Shown here: piece after piece, positions 49,124 through 58,192 of the stretch
Layout: every line of letters starts with the position of its first letter
How positions within the stretch are numbered: position 1 is the stretch's first letter
NCBI GenBank assembly: GCA_051874735.1
Contig: JBJEGD010000031.1
Span: 66,681 to 130,680 of the forward strand
DNA from: Candidatus Bruticola sp.
GTDB taxonomy: Bacteria > Vulcanimicrobiota > Xenobia > Xenobiales > Xenobiaceae
Direction of reading: 5' to 3'
DNA: 64,000 bases
Made by a program: the position numbers and the translations under genes
Notes under the pieces: generated by a model
Databases searched by the model: none
What the model was told of the DNA's origin: nothing
The model's input: the letters and a program-made list of their open reading frames with translations, nothing else

Positions 49124-50146
49124 ATGAATAAATTTTTCTACGGCTTTTTGACGGCAGCCATTTTGTTCGGCTCTGCCGTTTCGGTCAGTGCTGCCGAGTA
49201 TGAATTTTATGTGCGCAACCGTCCTTTTAAAGGTAGTGCTGTAGTTTCTGGTGAAACGGTCAAGGCTTGTCTTGACGATCTGTTTACTTCTTTGCAGTAC
49301 AGTTGGAATATCGATGGCGGCAAGCTTTATGTTTATACGCTGGCTGAAAGTAAGAAGAATGTAAAGAAGGCTGCTGTAGGTGGACCTCTGATTACTTCAG
49401 AAGTTTCTTCTATAGTTTTCGGCGGCAAAGAGTTTTCTCTGCCTATGAGCAGCAAAGCTGGCAAAGTTATCGTCGATGTGAAGGACTTCGCTAAGGCCTT
49501 TGGCTTAAAATATAGCGTTTCTCCTGTCATGGGGAGCATCGATCTGAGTGCGCCGGTCAGCAAATCTCAAATTAGCGCTTTGTCGTTATCTAGCAGTGCA
49601 GCTAAAAGTAAATCTGGCGGTAGCTCTTCTGCAGTTAAGAAAGGCAGTGAAGCCAAATATAAGCTCAACGCTAGCGGACAGATTGAGACTGATGGCAGCA
49701 ACAGAGAGTCTCCTATAGTGGTTAATGACATCGAATGGTTTAACAATGATTCCGGTGGCGCTTATACCGCTGAGGTTCATATGAACAGTGCTAAAATCAC
49801 TAACAGCGGCGCGGAGTCTTTGACTGGAGTTAAGTTCTCAGTTAATGCCGTGCTGTATGATGGCACCGTCATGAATAGTTGGAGTGCTGATGTCGGTACT
49901 TTAGAGGGCGGGAAGAGCTACACGTTAGTTCCCGATAATCCTGTGTGGTTCAATTACAATCGTGTTCCCGTCGATTGCAAAGCTTTAATCAGTCACGATC
50001 CGCCTAAAGATGCTCAGGAAGGTAGTACTCAAGAGGCCTCTTCGGCTCAATCTACCGCTGTACCGACTTCGGCTGCTGTACCGACTTCGAATAGTGTTCA
50101 AAGCAATCCTGATGATCCTATGAGTGAGTTTTGGCCCTCCTTCTAA
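49124..50146 (+). CDS. exported hypothetical protein with low-complexity tail
   Basis: GGAGGA SD before ATG 49124, signal peptide MNKFFYGFLTAAILFGSAVSVSA; beta-rich C-terminal domain. Confidence 0.75.
   Translation: MNKFFYGFLTAAILFGSAVSVSAAEYEFYVRNRPFKGSAVVSGETVKACLDDLFTSLQYSWNIDGGKLYVYTLAESKKNVKKAAVGGPLITSEVSSIVFGGKEFSLPMSSKAGKVIVDVKDFAKAFGLKYSVSPVMGSIDLSAPVSKSQISALSLSSSAAKSKSGGSSSAVKKGSEAKYKLNASGQIETDGSNRESPIVVNDIEWFNNDSGGAYTAEVHMNSAKITNSGAESLTGVKFSVNAVLYDGTVMNSWSADVGTLEGGKSYTLVPDNPVWFNYNRVPVDCKALISHDPPKDAQEGSTQEASSAQSTAVPTSAAVPTSNSVQSNPDDPMSEFWPSF
50057..50089 (+). repeat. short in-frame tandem repeat (AVPTS x2)
   Basis: GCTGTACCGACTTCG at 50057-50071 and 50075-50089 (18-bp period). Confidence 0.7.
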
Positions 50147-50337
50147 TCAGCGGGAGATGATTCTGCTTTGGTGGGCAGCATGGGCTGTAAAATTTTAATT
50201 GAAAAAAACTAGGCTCAGCCTAAGCCGATAGGACAGGCGTTCTTCGGAAGAAGCTCTGGAGAGTGATTTCGAGGGGCGTTTTTCTCTGTAGGGGATTTTT
50301 GTACTTGCGCTTTGGTGAGCTGGAGGGAAACAGAGTT

Positions 50338-50922
50338 ATGTCAGTTTTCGAAATTTTGACAGACGGAGCTTCGGTTTTGCGTCGAAAATGCAAGCCGGTA
50401 GAAAAAGTTGACCGCAAAGTGCGTGATATACTCGATCGTATGTTAGAAACTATGTATGCTGCTCCCGGTGTGGGGTTAGCTGCTCCGCAGATCGGGATAT
50501 CTCGTCGCATGATAGTTATGGATGTAGGCAACGGCCCTATCAAGTTGGTGAATCCGAAAGTTACTTTTTTGAGTGATGAAGAGGAACTTGGAATGGAAGG
50601 TTGCCTTTCTTTTCCCGGTTTGGAAGGCGAAGTTTGGCGCTGTACTAAAGTGCGCTTGAGTGGTCTAGATGAGAATGGAGAGAAAGTAAGCTACGAGGGA
50701 GAGGGCCTTTTTGCCCGTTGTGCTCAGCATGAGTGCGACCATCTCGACGGACGTGTCTATGTCGATTTGGCTGAAAATCTTCATAAGGTTTCCGTGACTG
50801 ACGAATCTGATAGCAATAATGAAGCAGAAGGATCATCTGCTGAAGCTGAGCTGGCTGAAAGTGCCGATGCCGTTGGTGAAGCCAATAAAGATGGCAAATC
50901 TGATACGGAAACAAAAGCTTAA
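50338..50922 (+). CDS. def: peptide deformylase with acidic tail
   Basis: GVGLAAPQIG, EGCLS, QHECDHLDG. Start placed at ATG 50338. Confidence 0.96.
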   Translation: MSVFEILTDGASVLRRKCKPVEKVDRKVRDILDRMLETMYAAPGVGLAAPQIGISRRMIVMDVGNGPIKLVNPKVTFLSDEEELGMEGCLSFPGLEGEVWRCTKVRLSGLDENGEKVSYEGEGLFARCAQHECDHLDGRVYVDLAENLHKVSVTDESDSNNEAEGSSAEAELAESADAVGEANKDGKSDTETKA

Positions 50923-50941
50923 CTGAAAGGGCTCTCTGTTA

Positions 50942-51880
50942 ATGCGCATACTATATATGGGAACTCCGCAGTTTGCTGTTCCTGCTTTGCGTAAGCTGGC
51001 TGAGCGTTTTGAGGTTGTCGGAGTGGTTACTCAGCCAGATAAGCCCAAAGGGCGCGGTCATAAGCTTGCTCCGCCTCCTGTCAAAGTTACTGCTTTAGAA
51101 TTGGGGCTGCCCGTTTATCAACCCTTAAAGGTACGCGATCCTGAGTTTCTCGGTCTAGTTAAACAGCTCAATCCCGATTTAATTCTAGTGGCAGCTTATG
51201 CTAAGCTTATACCTAAAACTTTGTTGGAACTTCCCCGCTTAGGTTGTGTAAATCTCCATCCCTCTCTGTTGCCGCGCCACCGCGGAGCGATTCCCGTGCA
51301 GGCGGCTATTATATATGGCGATAAAGTAACCGGTGTATCTACATTTATTATGGAAGAAGGCTACGATACCGGTCCGATTCTTATGAGCAGAGAGACAGCT
51401 ATAGGACCTCAAGAGAGCGGCATTCAGTTGATGGAGCGGCTCGCTGAACTGGGGGCCGATCTGTTAGTGGAGACTGCGCTGGGGTTAGAAGCAGGCGCTT
51501 TGAAAGCTGAGGCTCAAGATGGTGAGTTTAATTATACCAAGCCTTTCCAGAAAGAAGATCTTTTTATAGATTGGTATAAAGATAGCAGACAAATAGCTGA
51601 TTTTGTCAGGGCTCTCTATGATGAGCCGGAAGCTGCCGCCCGTTTTCAAGGACAGGTTGTCAAGATAGGACGAGCTTCAGCCGTCGATTTTGCTGGTGAG
51701 GGGGAAGCTGCCGTTCCTGGACAGATTATCGGTCAAATCAAGGGACGCGGCTATGTAGTTGCGACTGGAAAGGGTGCAGTAGTTTTAGAGCTAGTTAAAC
51801 CTTCTGGTAAGGGCTGGATGGATGGAGCTTCCTTCATGGCCGGACGCCGTCTGCAGATTGGCGATATTTTAGAGACTTAG
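50942..51880 (+). CDS. fmt: methionyl-tRNA formyltransferase
   Basis: MGTPQFA, TQPDKPKGRG, NLHPSLLPRHRGA, DTGPI. Confidence 0.96.
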   Translation: MRILYMGTPQFAVPALRKLAERFEVVGVVTQPDKPKGRGHKLAPPPVKVTALELGLPVYQPLKVRDPEFLGLVKQLNPDLILVAAYAKLIPKTLLELPRLGCVNLHPSLLPRHRGAIPVQAAIIYGDKVTGVSTFIMEEGYDTGPILMSRETAIGPQESGIQLMERLAELGADLLVETALGLEAGALKAEAQDGEFNYTKPFQKEDLFIDWYKDSRQIADFVRALYDEPEAAARFQGQVVKIGRASAVDFAGEGEAAVPGQIIGQIKGRGYVVATGKGAVVLELVKPSGKGWMDGASFMAGRRLQIGDILET

Positions 51881-52004
51881 GTGACTTAAGCCCTTTCCTA
51901 GGGAAAAAACTTTCCAATAAGTAGGAAAAAAACATTTCAACGTGAACCAAAAGGCCAATGCGGTGTGGACACCGCAATACTTAAAGTAGAGGAATTTAGA
52001 GAAC

Positions 52005-52238
52005 ATGCCTCATATAATTACCGATTCTTGTATCACTTGTGGCTCTTGCGCCGAAAATTGCCCTGTCGAGGCCATTCACACCTCCGATAACGAAGCCCAG
52101 TATTTCATCAATCCTGAAGTGTGCATCGACTGTGGCGCTTGCAAGAGCTGCTGCGGAGCTGACGCTATTTATGCTGATGATGAGATTCCCGCTGATAAAG
52201 AGGACTTCATCAAGGTCAACGCTGAATTCTATAAATAG
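52005..52238 (+). CDS. 2[4Fe-4S]-type ferredoxin
   Basis: CITCGSCAENCP and CIDCGACKSCC. Confidence 0.93.
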   Translation: MPHIITDSCITCGSCAENCPVEAIHTSDNEAQYFINPEVCIDCGACKSCCGADAIYADDEIPADKEDFIKVNAEFYK

Positions 52239-52378
52239 TTTTTCATTTGATCCATCCTGCTAACAGGATGTAAATTAGAAGCGGTTTGCATCTGAGTCGG
52301 GTAGCTGTTTGCCATTCTGGCTCCGGCTGACAACACCGCTTTTTTATTTTAGTATCTCCTTTTTATGAGGAAACGGTA

Positions 52379-53323
52379 TTGAAAAAACTGATAGAAATTT
52401 CTGAACTCAAAGATTTTTTTTGCAATAATGCCCCTAAAGTTTCTTTTGAGTTCTTTCCGCCCAAAACTCCGGAAGCAGAACAAACGCTTTGGCATACTAT
52501 CGTCCGTCTTGAACCACTAAAACCGGAATTTGTGGGGGTAACTTACGGAGCAGGCGGTTCTACTAGAGAACGAACTCATAATATTGTGACTCGTATAGCT
52601 AAAGAAACTTCTTTAGTACCTGCTTCTCATCTTACTTGTGCCGGAGCCAGCTGCCAGGAAGTCGATAATATTGCTCGACGTTATTGGGAAGCTGGTATTC
52701 GTCATATTGTGGCTTTGCGTGGAGATCCACCTAAAGGGTCTAAAGAGTACCTGCCACACCCTAACGGCTATAAGTACTGTTGTGATTTAGTGGCTGGTTT
52801 GCGCCGTATTGGCGATTTTGAAATAAGCGTAGCAGCTTTTCCTGAGGGCCATCCTGAATCAAATTCTCTCGATTTTGATATGGAAGTGTTAAAACGTAAA
52901 ATAGACGCAGGGGCTTCCAGGGCCATAACTCAGTATTTTTTTGACGTAGATGATTATTTCCGCCTTTTGGATAGAGCTGAAAGGCATCATATTGACATAC
53001 CTATAGTTCCTGGTATCCTTCCTGTCACTAATGCCAGTAGTCTGCTGCAGTTCAGTCGCACTTGCGGAGCCAAGCTGCCCGATTGGATTGTCAAACTTTT
53101 TGACGGTTTGGACGAAGTTCCGGGCATCCGCAGTATGTTGGCTATGCAGCTAGCGGCCAGCCAGCTGCTTTTACTTAGTAAAGCCGGCGTAGAGTCTTTT
53201 CATTTCTTTACTATGAATCGATCTGAACTCACTTGGGCTCTTTGTCGCATATTAGGCATTTTAACTAAACCACTTTCCGATTTAGATATTGCTGCTCAGA
53301 GTGAAAAACGCGGTTTAACTTAG
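52379..53323 (+). CDS. metF: 5,10-methylenetetrahydrofolate reductase
   Basis: SFEFFPPK, VTYGAGGS, HLTC, ALRGDPP, PEGHP, ITQYFF, HFFTMN. Confidence 0.95.
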   Translation: MKKLIEISELKDFFCNNAPKVSFEFFPPKTPEAEQTLWHTIVRLEPLKPEFVGVTYGAGGSTRERTHNIVTRIAKETSLVPASHLTCAGASCQEVDNIARRYWEAGIRHIVALRGDPPKGSKEYLPHPNGYKYCCDLVAGLRRIGDFEISVAAFPEGHPESNSLDFDMEVLKRKIDAGASRAITQYFFDVDDYFRLLDRAERHHIDIPIVPGILPVTNASSLLQFSRTCGAKLPDWIVKLFDGLDEVPGIRSMLAMQLAASQLLLLSKAGVESFHFFTMNRSELTWALCRILGILTKPLSDLDIAAQSEKRGLT

Positions 53324-53416
53324 AAACTTTCTAATAGTTTTAAAATTATAATTTACTAACATTATTATTCTTGGTACTACTGCACAGTGCCGGAATGCAG
53401 GTTTTAAGGAGGAATT

Positions 53417-54775
53417 ATGTCTATGCGCAAAGCGTTATGCGGTTTAGCAGCAGCTCTTTGTATAGCTACTGCTCCTGTAGCAGCTGAGGAGTCGGGCCAG
53501 GGAGATATGCATGTGCCTTATACAGAATTTGATCTTCCCAATGGGCTGCACGTTATTCTGCATGAAGATCATACTATTCCTATGGTTTATACCAACATTT
53601 GGTATAAAGTGGGTTCCAGTAACGAACAAGTAGGACGCACAGGTTTCGCTCATCTATTCGAGCACCTCATGTTTGAAGGTTCAGGCCATGTAAAAGAAGG
53701 CGAGTTCGATCGTCTATTGGAGGGGGTAGGGGGGAGCAACAATGCTTCTACTAGTACAGATCGCACTAACTATTACTGTTCAGTGCCTTCCTGCGCTTTA
53801 GAATTGCCTCTTTTTTTAGAATCGGACCGCATGGGATTCTTGCTCGATTCAATGTCGCCTAATGTTGTCGATGGCCAGCGCGATGTGGTTAAAAATGAAA
53901 TGCGTCAGAGCTATCTCAACCGCCCTTATGCCAGACTTTGGTTAGAATTGCCGCGTTTGCTCTATCCTAAAGAACATCCTTATAACTGGCCGATTATCGG
54001 ATCTATGGACGATTTAAGTGCTGCAGGCTATGAAGATGTAGTTAATTTCTTCAAAAAATACTATGTGCCTAATAATGCTAGTTTAGTAGTGGCTGGGGAT
54101 ATCGATCCTGCGGAAACCAAGCGTTTGGTAGAAAAGTGGTTTGCAGATGTAAAACCAGGCCCTAAAGTTGAGCGCCTTTCTGCTCCTCCAGTAGAACTGA
54201 AAGGCATAGTCAAAAAAACTATTGAAGACAAAGTCGCTCTGCCTCTTCGTTCGCAAAGCTGGCCCACTCCCGCTTTGTATGCAGAAGGAGATGCTGATAT
54301 GGATGTATTGGCTTCTATCCTGACCAATAGCAAAAATTCACGTCTTTATAAGCGTCTAGTTTACGAGATGCAGATAGTGCAAAGCATTATGGCCGAACAA
54401 TCTAGTTCCGACTTAGGTTCCTGCTTTACTATTACCTATATCCCTAAGCCTGGAGTCAATCTAGACGAAGTGCAGAAGATCGTAAATGAAGAAATTGCGA
54501 AGATTCAGAATACACCGCCCAGTCAGCAAGAAATTGATCGTGTGGTTAATATGACTGAATCGGCTTTTTATGCTAATGCTGAGTATATCTCTGAAAAAGC
54601 TGATATGCTCAATAACTATTATTGGCACTTTGGCAAGCCTGACTCTTTCTCGTCTGATTTGGAGCGTTACCGTAAAGTAACTCCTGAATCCGTGTCTGCA
54701 TGTGCTAAAAAATATCTCGATCTTGGCAAATATGTGGAAATAACCGTTGTACCCGAAAAGAAGGAGGCTGAGTGA
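53417..54775 (+). CDS. M16B zinc peptidase, active subunit, exported
   Basis: AHLFEHLMF, NNASTSTDRTNY, ESDRM, HPY..P.IG; signal peptide. Confidence 0.94.
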   Translation: MSMRKALCGLAAALCIATAPVAAEESGQGDMHVPYTEFDLPNGLHVILHEDHTIPMVYTNIWYKVGSSNEQVGRTGFAHLFEHLMFEGSGHVKEGEFDRLLEGVGGSNNASTSTDRTNYYCSVPSCALELPLFLESDRMGFLLDSMSPNVVDGQRDVVKNEMRQSYLNRPYARLWLELPRLLYPKEHPYNWPIIGSMDDLSAAGYEDVVNFFKKYYVPNNASLVVAGDIDPAETKRLVEKWFADVKPGPKVERLSAPPVELKGIVKKTIEDKVALPLRSQSWPTPALYAEGDADMDVLASILTNSKNSRLYKRLVYEMQIVQSIMAEQSSSDLGSCFTITYIPKPGVNLDEVQKIVNEEIAKIQNTPPSQQEIDRVVNMTESAFYANAEYISEKADMLNNYYWHFGKPDSFSSDLERYRKVTPESVSACAKKYLDLGKYVEITVVPEKKEAE

Positions 54776-56343
54776 ACATGAAATTTTGGCTTACTTCTTG
54801 TATTTTTGTATTAGGAATGTCTCTTATGGCTCAAGCTGAAACTCCAGTAAAAAGTAATGATAAGGGAATGGCTCCCAACCGTTTAACGCCTCCTCCTGTC
54901 AGTTCTCCCTCTTCGGTATCGGTTCCTAAAATTGAAAAACGTCAACTTTCCAATGGTATTCCCGTTTGGTTTATGGAGCGTCGGACTACTCCTTTGGTTA
55001 CCGCTTGTTTATTTGTCAAAGCTGGGGCTGTCGACGAGCCTATTAACAAAATGGGGTTGGCGGCTTTGACTGCTGAGTGTCTCGATGAAGGCACCGCTAA
55101 ATACGATGCTTTGCAGTTTGCTGAGCAGAGTGACAATATCGGTTCTTATTTTAATATAGATCAGTCTTATTTTGGATCGACTATTTCTTTAACCGTTCCT
55201 AGCCAGCGTTTGGCTCAAGGACTCGATCTTATGTCTGAAGCGGTAATCCATCCTACTTTTCCGGATAAGGAAATTGCTCGTCTTAAAAATTTGCGTTTAA
55301 CTAGTTTTATGCAGCAGCGCGAAGATCCGTCTTCTTTAGCTAGTTGCGCCTTTAGCCGCTTAATTTATAGGGCTGATCCCGAAAACAGACAGGGCTATAG
55401 TTTAAATGGTTTAGCTCAAACTTACGCTTCTTTAAATCGTCAAGATGTGGTTAGCTATTATAAACGTTATTATGCACCGCAGAATGCCTTTTTCTCTGTG
55501 ACTGGCGACGTCGATATTGACAAAGTTATGGAGCAGCTTGAATCTAAATTCGGCAGCTGGAAGCGGGCTGAACTTAGCCGTCAAGAGACTGCCGTTGAGT
55601 TTAAAGAAGGCCTTAATAAGCCGGTCAGCGCCCTTAAGAAGGGAAGCTCTCAAAGTTTGAATTTGGCTGCGTTGCCTAAAACTTCTTCAGGTGTAGGCAA
55701 AATTTTGTATGTGGTGGATCGTCCCGGTTCTCACCAATCTGTATTGCGTGTGGGTAGAATTGGTTTTGCTAGAAATACTAAATATTTCTTCCCTCTGAAA
55801 GTTATGAATACAGCTTTGGGCGGTTCTTTTATGTCCAGGCTCAACCAGAATTTGCGTGAGAAAAACGGTTATACCTACGGTGCTCGTTCTATGTTCGTTT
55901 TTCGTAAGGAGGCCGGTCCTTTCTTAGTTGCTACTGATGTTCAGGCTGACAAGACTGTGCCAGCTTTGCGTGAGATTCTCAATGAAATTGAATCTATGAG
56001 TAAAAAGATGGATACCGAGGAACTGGAACGCACAGAAAATTATATCTGCTACGGTTATCCTCAGTCTTTCGAAACTAGTTTAAAGTTGGCCCAGCGCCTT
56101 CTGGAAATGCAGCTTTATAATTTGCCCGATGATTATTATGACAATTACGTTGATAATATAAGAAAAGTTGATGCAGCGTCTATGAATATGCCGCGCCTCT
56201 CTTTCTTTAGACCGGAAACTATGGTTATGGTAGCTGTAGGCGATGCTTCGTCTATTGCTGAGCAGCTTAAAGATATGCCGGGCTGGAAAATGGAGGTTCT
56301 CTCCGTAGATGCTGTTATGGGACCTGATGTGCCGTTAGAATAA
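54772..56343 (+). CDS. M16B peptidase, non-catalytic partner subunit
   Basis: No HxxEH. LGGSFMSRLNQNLREKNGYTYG. 4-bp overlap with the upstream gene. Confidence 0.9.
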   Translation: MNMKFWLTSCIFVLGMSLMAQAETPVKSNDKGMAPNRLTPPPVSSPSSVSVPKIEKRQLSNGIPVWFMERRTTPLVTACLFVKAGAVDEPINKMGLAALTAECLDEGTAKYDALQFAEQSDNIGSYFNIDQSYFGSTISLTVPSQRLAQGLDLMSEAVIHPTFPDKEIARLKNLRLTSFMQQREDPSSLASCAFSRLIYRADPENRQGYSLNGLAQTYASLNRQDVVSYYKRYYAPQNAFFSVTGDVDIDKVMEQLESKFGSWKRAELSRQETAVEFKEGLNKPVSALKKGSSQSLNLAALPKTSSGVGKILYVVDRPGSHQSVLRVGRIGFARNTKYFFPLKVMNTALGGSFMSRLNQNLREKNGYTYGARSMFVFRKEAGPFLVATDVQADKTVPALREILNEIESMSKKMDTEELERTENYICYGYPQSFETSLKLAQRLLEMQLYNLPDDYYDNYVDNIRKVDAASMNMPRLSFFRPETMVMVAVGDASSIAEQLKDMPGWKMEVLSVDAVMGPDVPLE

Positions 56344-56423
56344 AAAAGTTGCGCAATTTTAGCTGTAAAGCTTTAAATTCGCGGATAAGTTCGACTTTAT
56401 TTAACAAATTTTGAAGTCGAGAA

Positions 56424-56471
56424 TAACTTAATAAGGCCGCTCTGAATTTTCAGAGCGGCCTTATTAAGTTA
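56424..56471. terminator. 23-bp perfect inverted repeat between convergent genes
   Basis: TAACTTAATAAGGCCGCTCTGAA-TT-TTCAGAGCGGCCTTATTAAGTTA. Confidence 0.8.
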
Positions 56472-56489
56472 GCAGAAAGATTGTAGACC

Positions 56490-57950
56490 TTAACTAATCA
56501 TAGTGTTTCTTTCAATAGTCATTTTCCCATCGGTCCAGCGTACTATACCCATATATGGATTGCCATTTTTATCAAACAGATCTTCTTTTTTCACTACCTG
56601 ATTAGGTTCAGTGTAGAGAATCGAACCGTTTTGGATGTGCATTTTCAGGTCGTTAATTAAATCGGAGCTGTCGCTCATGGTACCGATACTAGAGGAGGCT
56701 TGAGCTTTTACTTCTGCTCCGGCGAATTTGCCAAATTCCGGCCCTTCTAAGGTTACTGTAACTTCATGGGTCGGAACTGAATTCATAGAAACAGTCGCAG
56801 GGGTATCGTCATCTTCGAACAATATATTGCGATTTTGCATGCAATTCAAAATGATATCGTGATTCTTGCCACCCATATCTTCATCGGCTTTAAGCATGCA
56901 GAGAGCAATATCGCGGTAAGTAGCGTTAGTCTGTGGAGACATATTTATAGCTTTAGCCAATATGTCCATACTTTCATTGCCGGCCGCTTTTATGGCCTTA
57001 GCAGTTTCCATACCGTCAGTCATGTTGCGTTCTGTAAGGGCGGCCATAATATCGTATTGAGCGCCACTGAAAATGCGTGACCAGCTGTGGCATTCGGTAG
57101 TCAGAGGATCGGTGCCGGAAGGATTGCGATCGACAGTATGAGGAGCTTGCCATTTGAAGTCGTTAATTAAACTGCGCACGTGATCTCCGCCAGTTACGTT
57201 GCGTCCGGCTTCATTATTAATAGCGCGGCCCATTAATTCGCCAGTTTCTGACAGGCAGTTAGGCTGGTGCAGATTACCGCCGCATTCTTGGGCTGCTAAT
57301 TCGCACACTTCATCGCTCTGACTAGCCATATAAAGAGCCGTCAAGTCTCCGAAAGCTTCATGAAAACCGTTAGTATCAGCGTGCCAGGATGAGAAAAAAC
57401 CGGGGCGTATGGCATCTAAAATAGCGTGGCCTGCTTCATGAGAGACTATTTCTCCAGAACTTCCGGAGTATACTTGCTGTTGAGTAACCGGATCTTTGGC
57501 GTGGAAGAAGTTCAGAGATTCATCTTGGCGTGAGTAGTAGGCATTGAGCATAACACCGCCGTCAGGAATAAGCTTAATTTGCTTTTCACCGAAAGCCCAA
57601 TTTATATCTTGACCGAATTTTTCACTCATAGAGTTGACAGTAGTTTGAATTACGGCCATGGTATTGGCTGCTACGTATTGACGGGTGCCCGGCTTATAGA
57701 TATATTCGCCATCTTTATTGGGCCGCAGTCCTTCCTGATCTGCCAATCGTACGTGCTCGCCTTCAGGTGCTTTTTTGCTATTAGTCCTGATGTTTGGTAC
57801 TTGGATTGTAATCGGATCCATCACCAATTCATCTTGAGGATTGTAAGAAAATTCTGGACCTTTGGTGGCAGCATTTACTTCAGATGAGTTTATACCGCTA
57901 TTGGGGGCTGTATAAGCTGTTGAGCTAATGCCGCTGATAGAGTTTAACAT
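56490..57950 (-). CDS. thermolysin/fungalysin-like (M4/M36-type) zinc metalloprotease, no Sec signal
   Basis: NAYYSR, HEAGH, HEAFGD (third Zn ligand), ECHSWSRIFSG; AGAGG SD. Confidence 0.82.
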   Translation of the reverse strand: MLNSISGISSTAYTAPNSGINSSEVNAATKGPEFSYNPQDELVMDPITIQVPNIRTNSKKAPEGEHVRLADQEGLRPNKDGEYIYKPGTRQYVAANTMAVIQTTVNSMSEKFGQDINWAFGEKQIKLIPDGGVMLNAYYSRQDESLNFFHAKDPVTQQQVYSGSSGEIVSHEAGHAILDAIRPGFFSSWHADTNGFHEAFGDLTALYMASQSDEVCELAAQECGGNLHQPNCLSETGELMGRAINNEAGRNVTGGDHVRSLINDFKWQAPHTVDRNPSGTDPLTTECHSWSRIFSGAQYDIMAALTERNMTDGMETAKAIKAAGNESMDILAKAINMSPQTNATYRDIALCMLKADEDMGGKNHDIILNCMQNRNILFEDDDTPATVSMNSVPTHEVTVTLEGPEFGKFAGAEVKAQASSSIGTMSDSSDLINDLKMHIQNGSILYTEPNQVVKKEDLFDKNGNPYMGIVRWTDGKMTIERNTMIS

Positions 57951-58192
57951 GTCAGTAACCTCTCGTAAAAACGTATCTTTGAAGTTATCCCGCCCATTAT
58001 TTTGTACTCTTATTATATATATAAGAGTGTGTATTATATTTACATAGATGTTTCATTTAACGCAGATCCGTTAAAACGCCTGCTTAATAAAAATTAAGCC
58101 CCCGCACCTGGTAGTTAGTTTGGAGGCTCACTTTGGGCTAGCACAGCCCAAGAGAGGCTGTATCTATTTTTTGTACCCGAGTTTTTGTCTTA

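Noticed and set aside
50231-50337. GGACAG...CTCTGGAGAG upstream of def, reminiscent of a glycine riboswitch
   Set aside because: Lacks the CCGAAG(G)AGCAA and CTCAGG core, and the context (def) does not fit.
56424-56471. 23-bp perfect inverted repeat as a possible MITE or REP element
   Set aside because: Single copy in the window, no target-site duplication, and its position between convergent genes fits a terminator.
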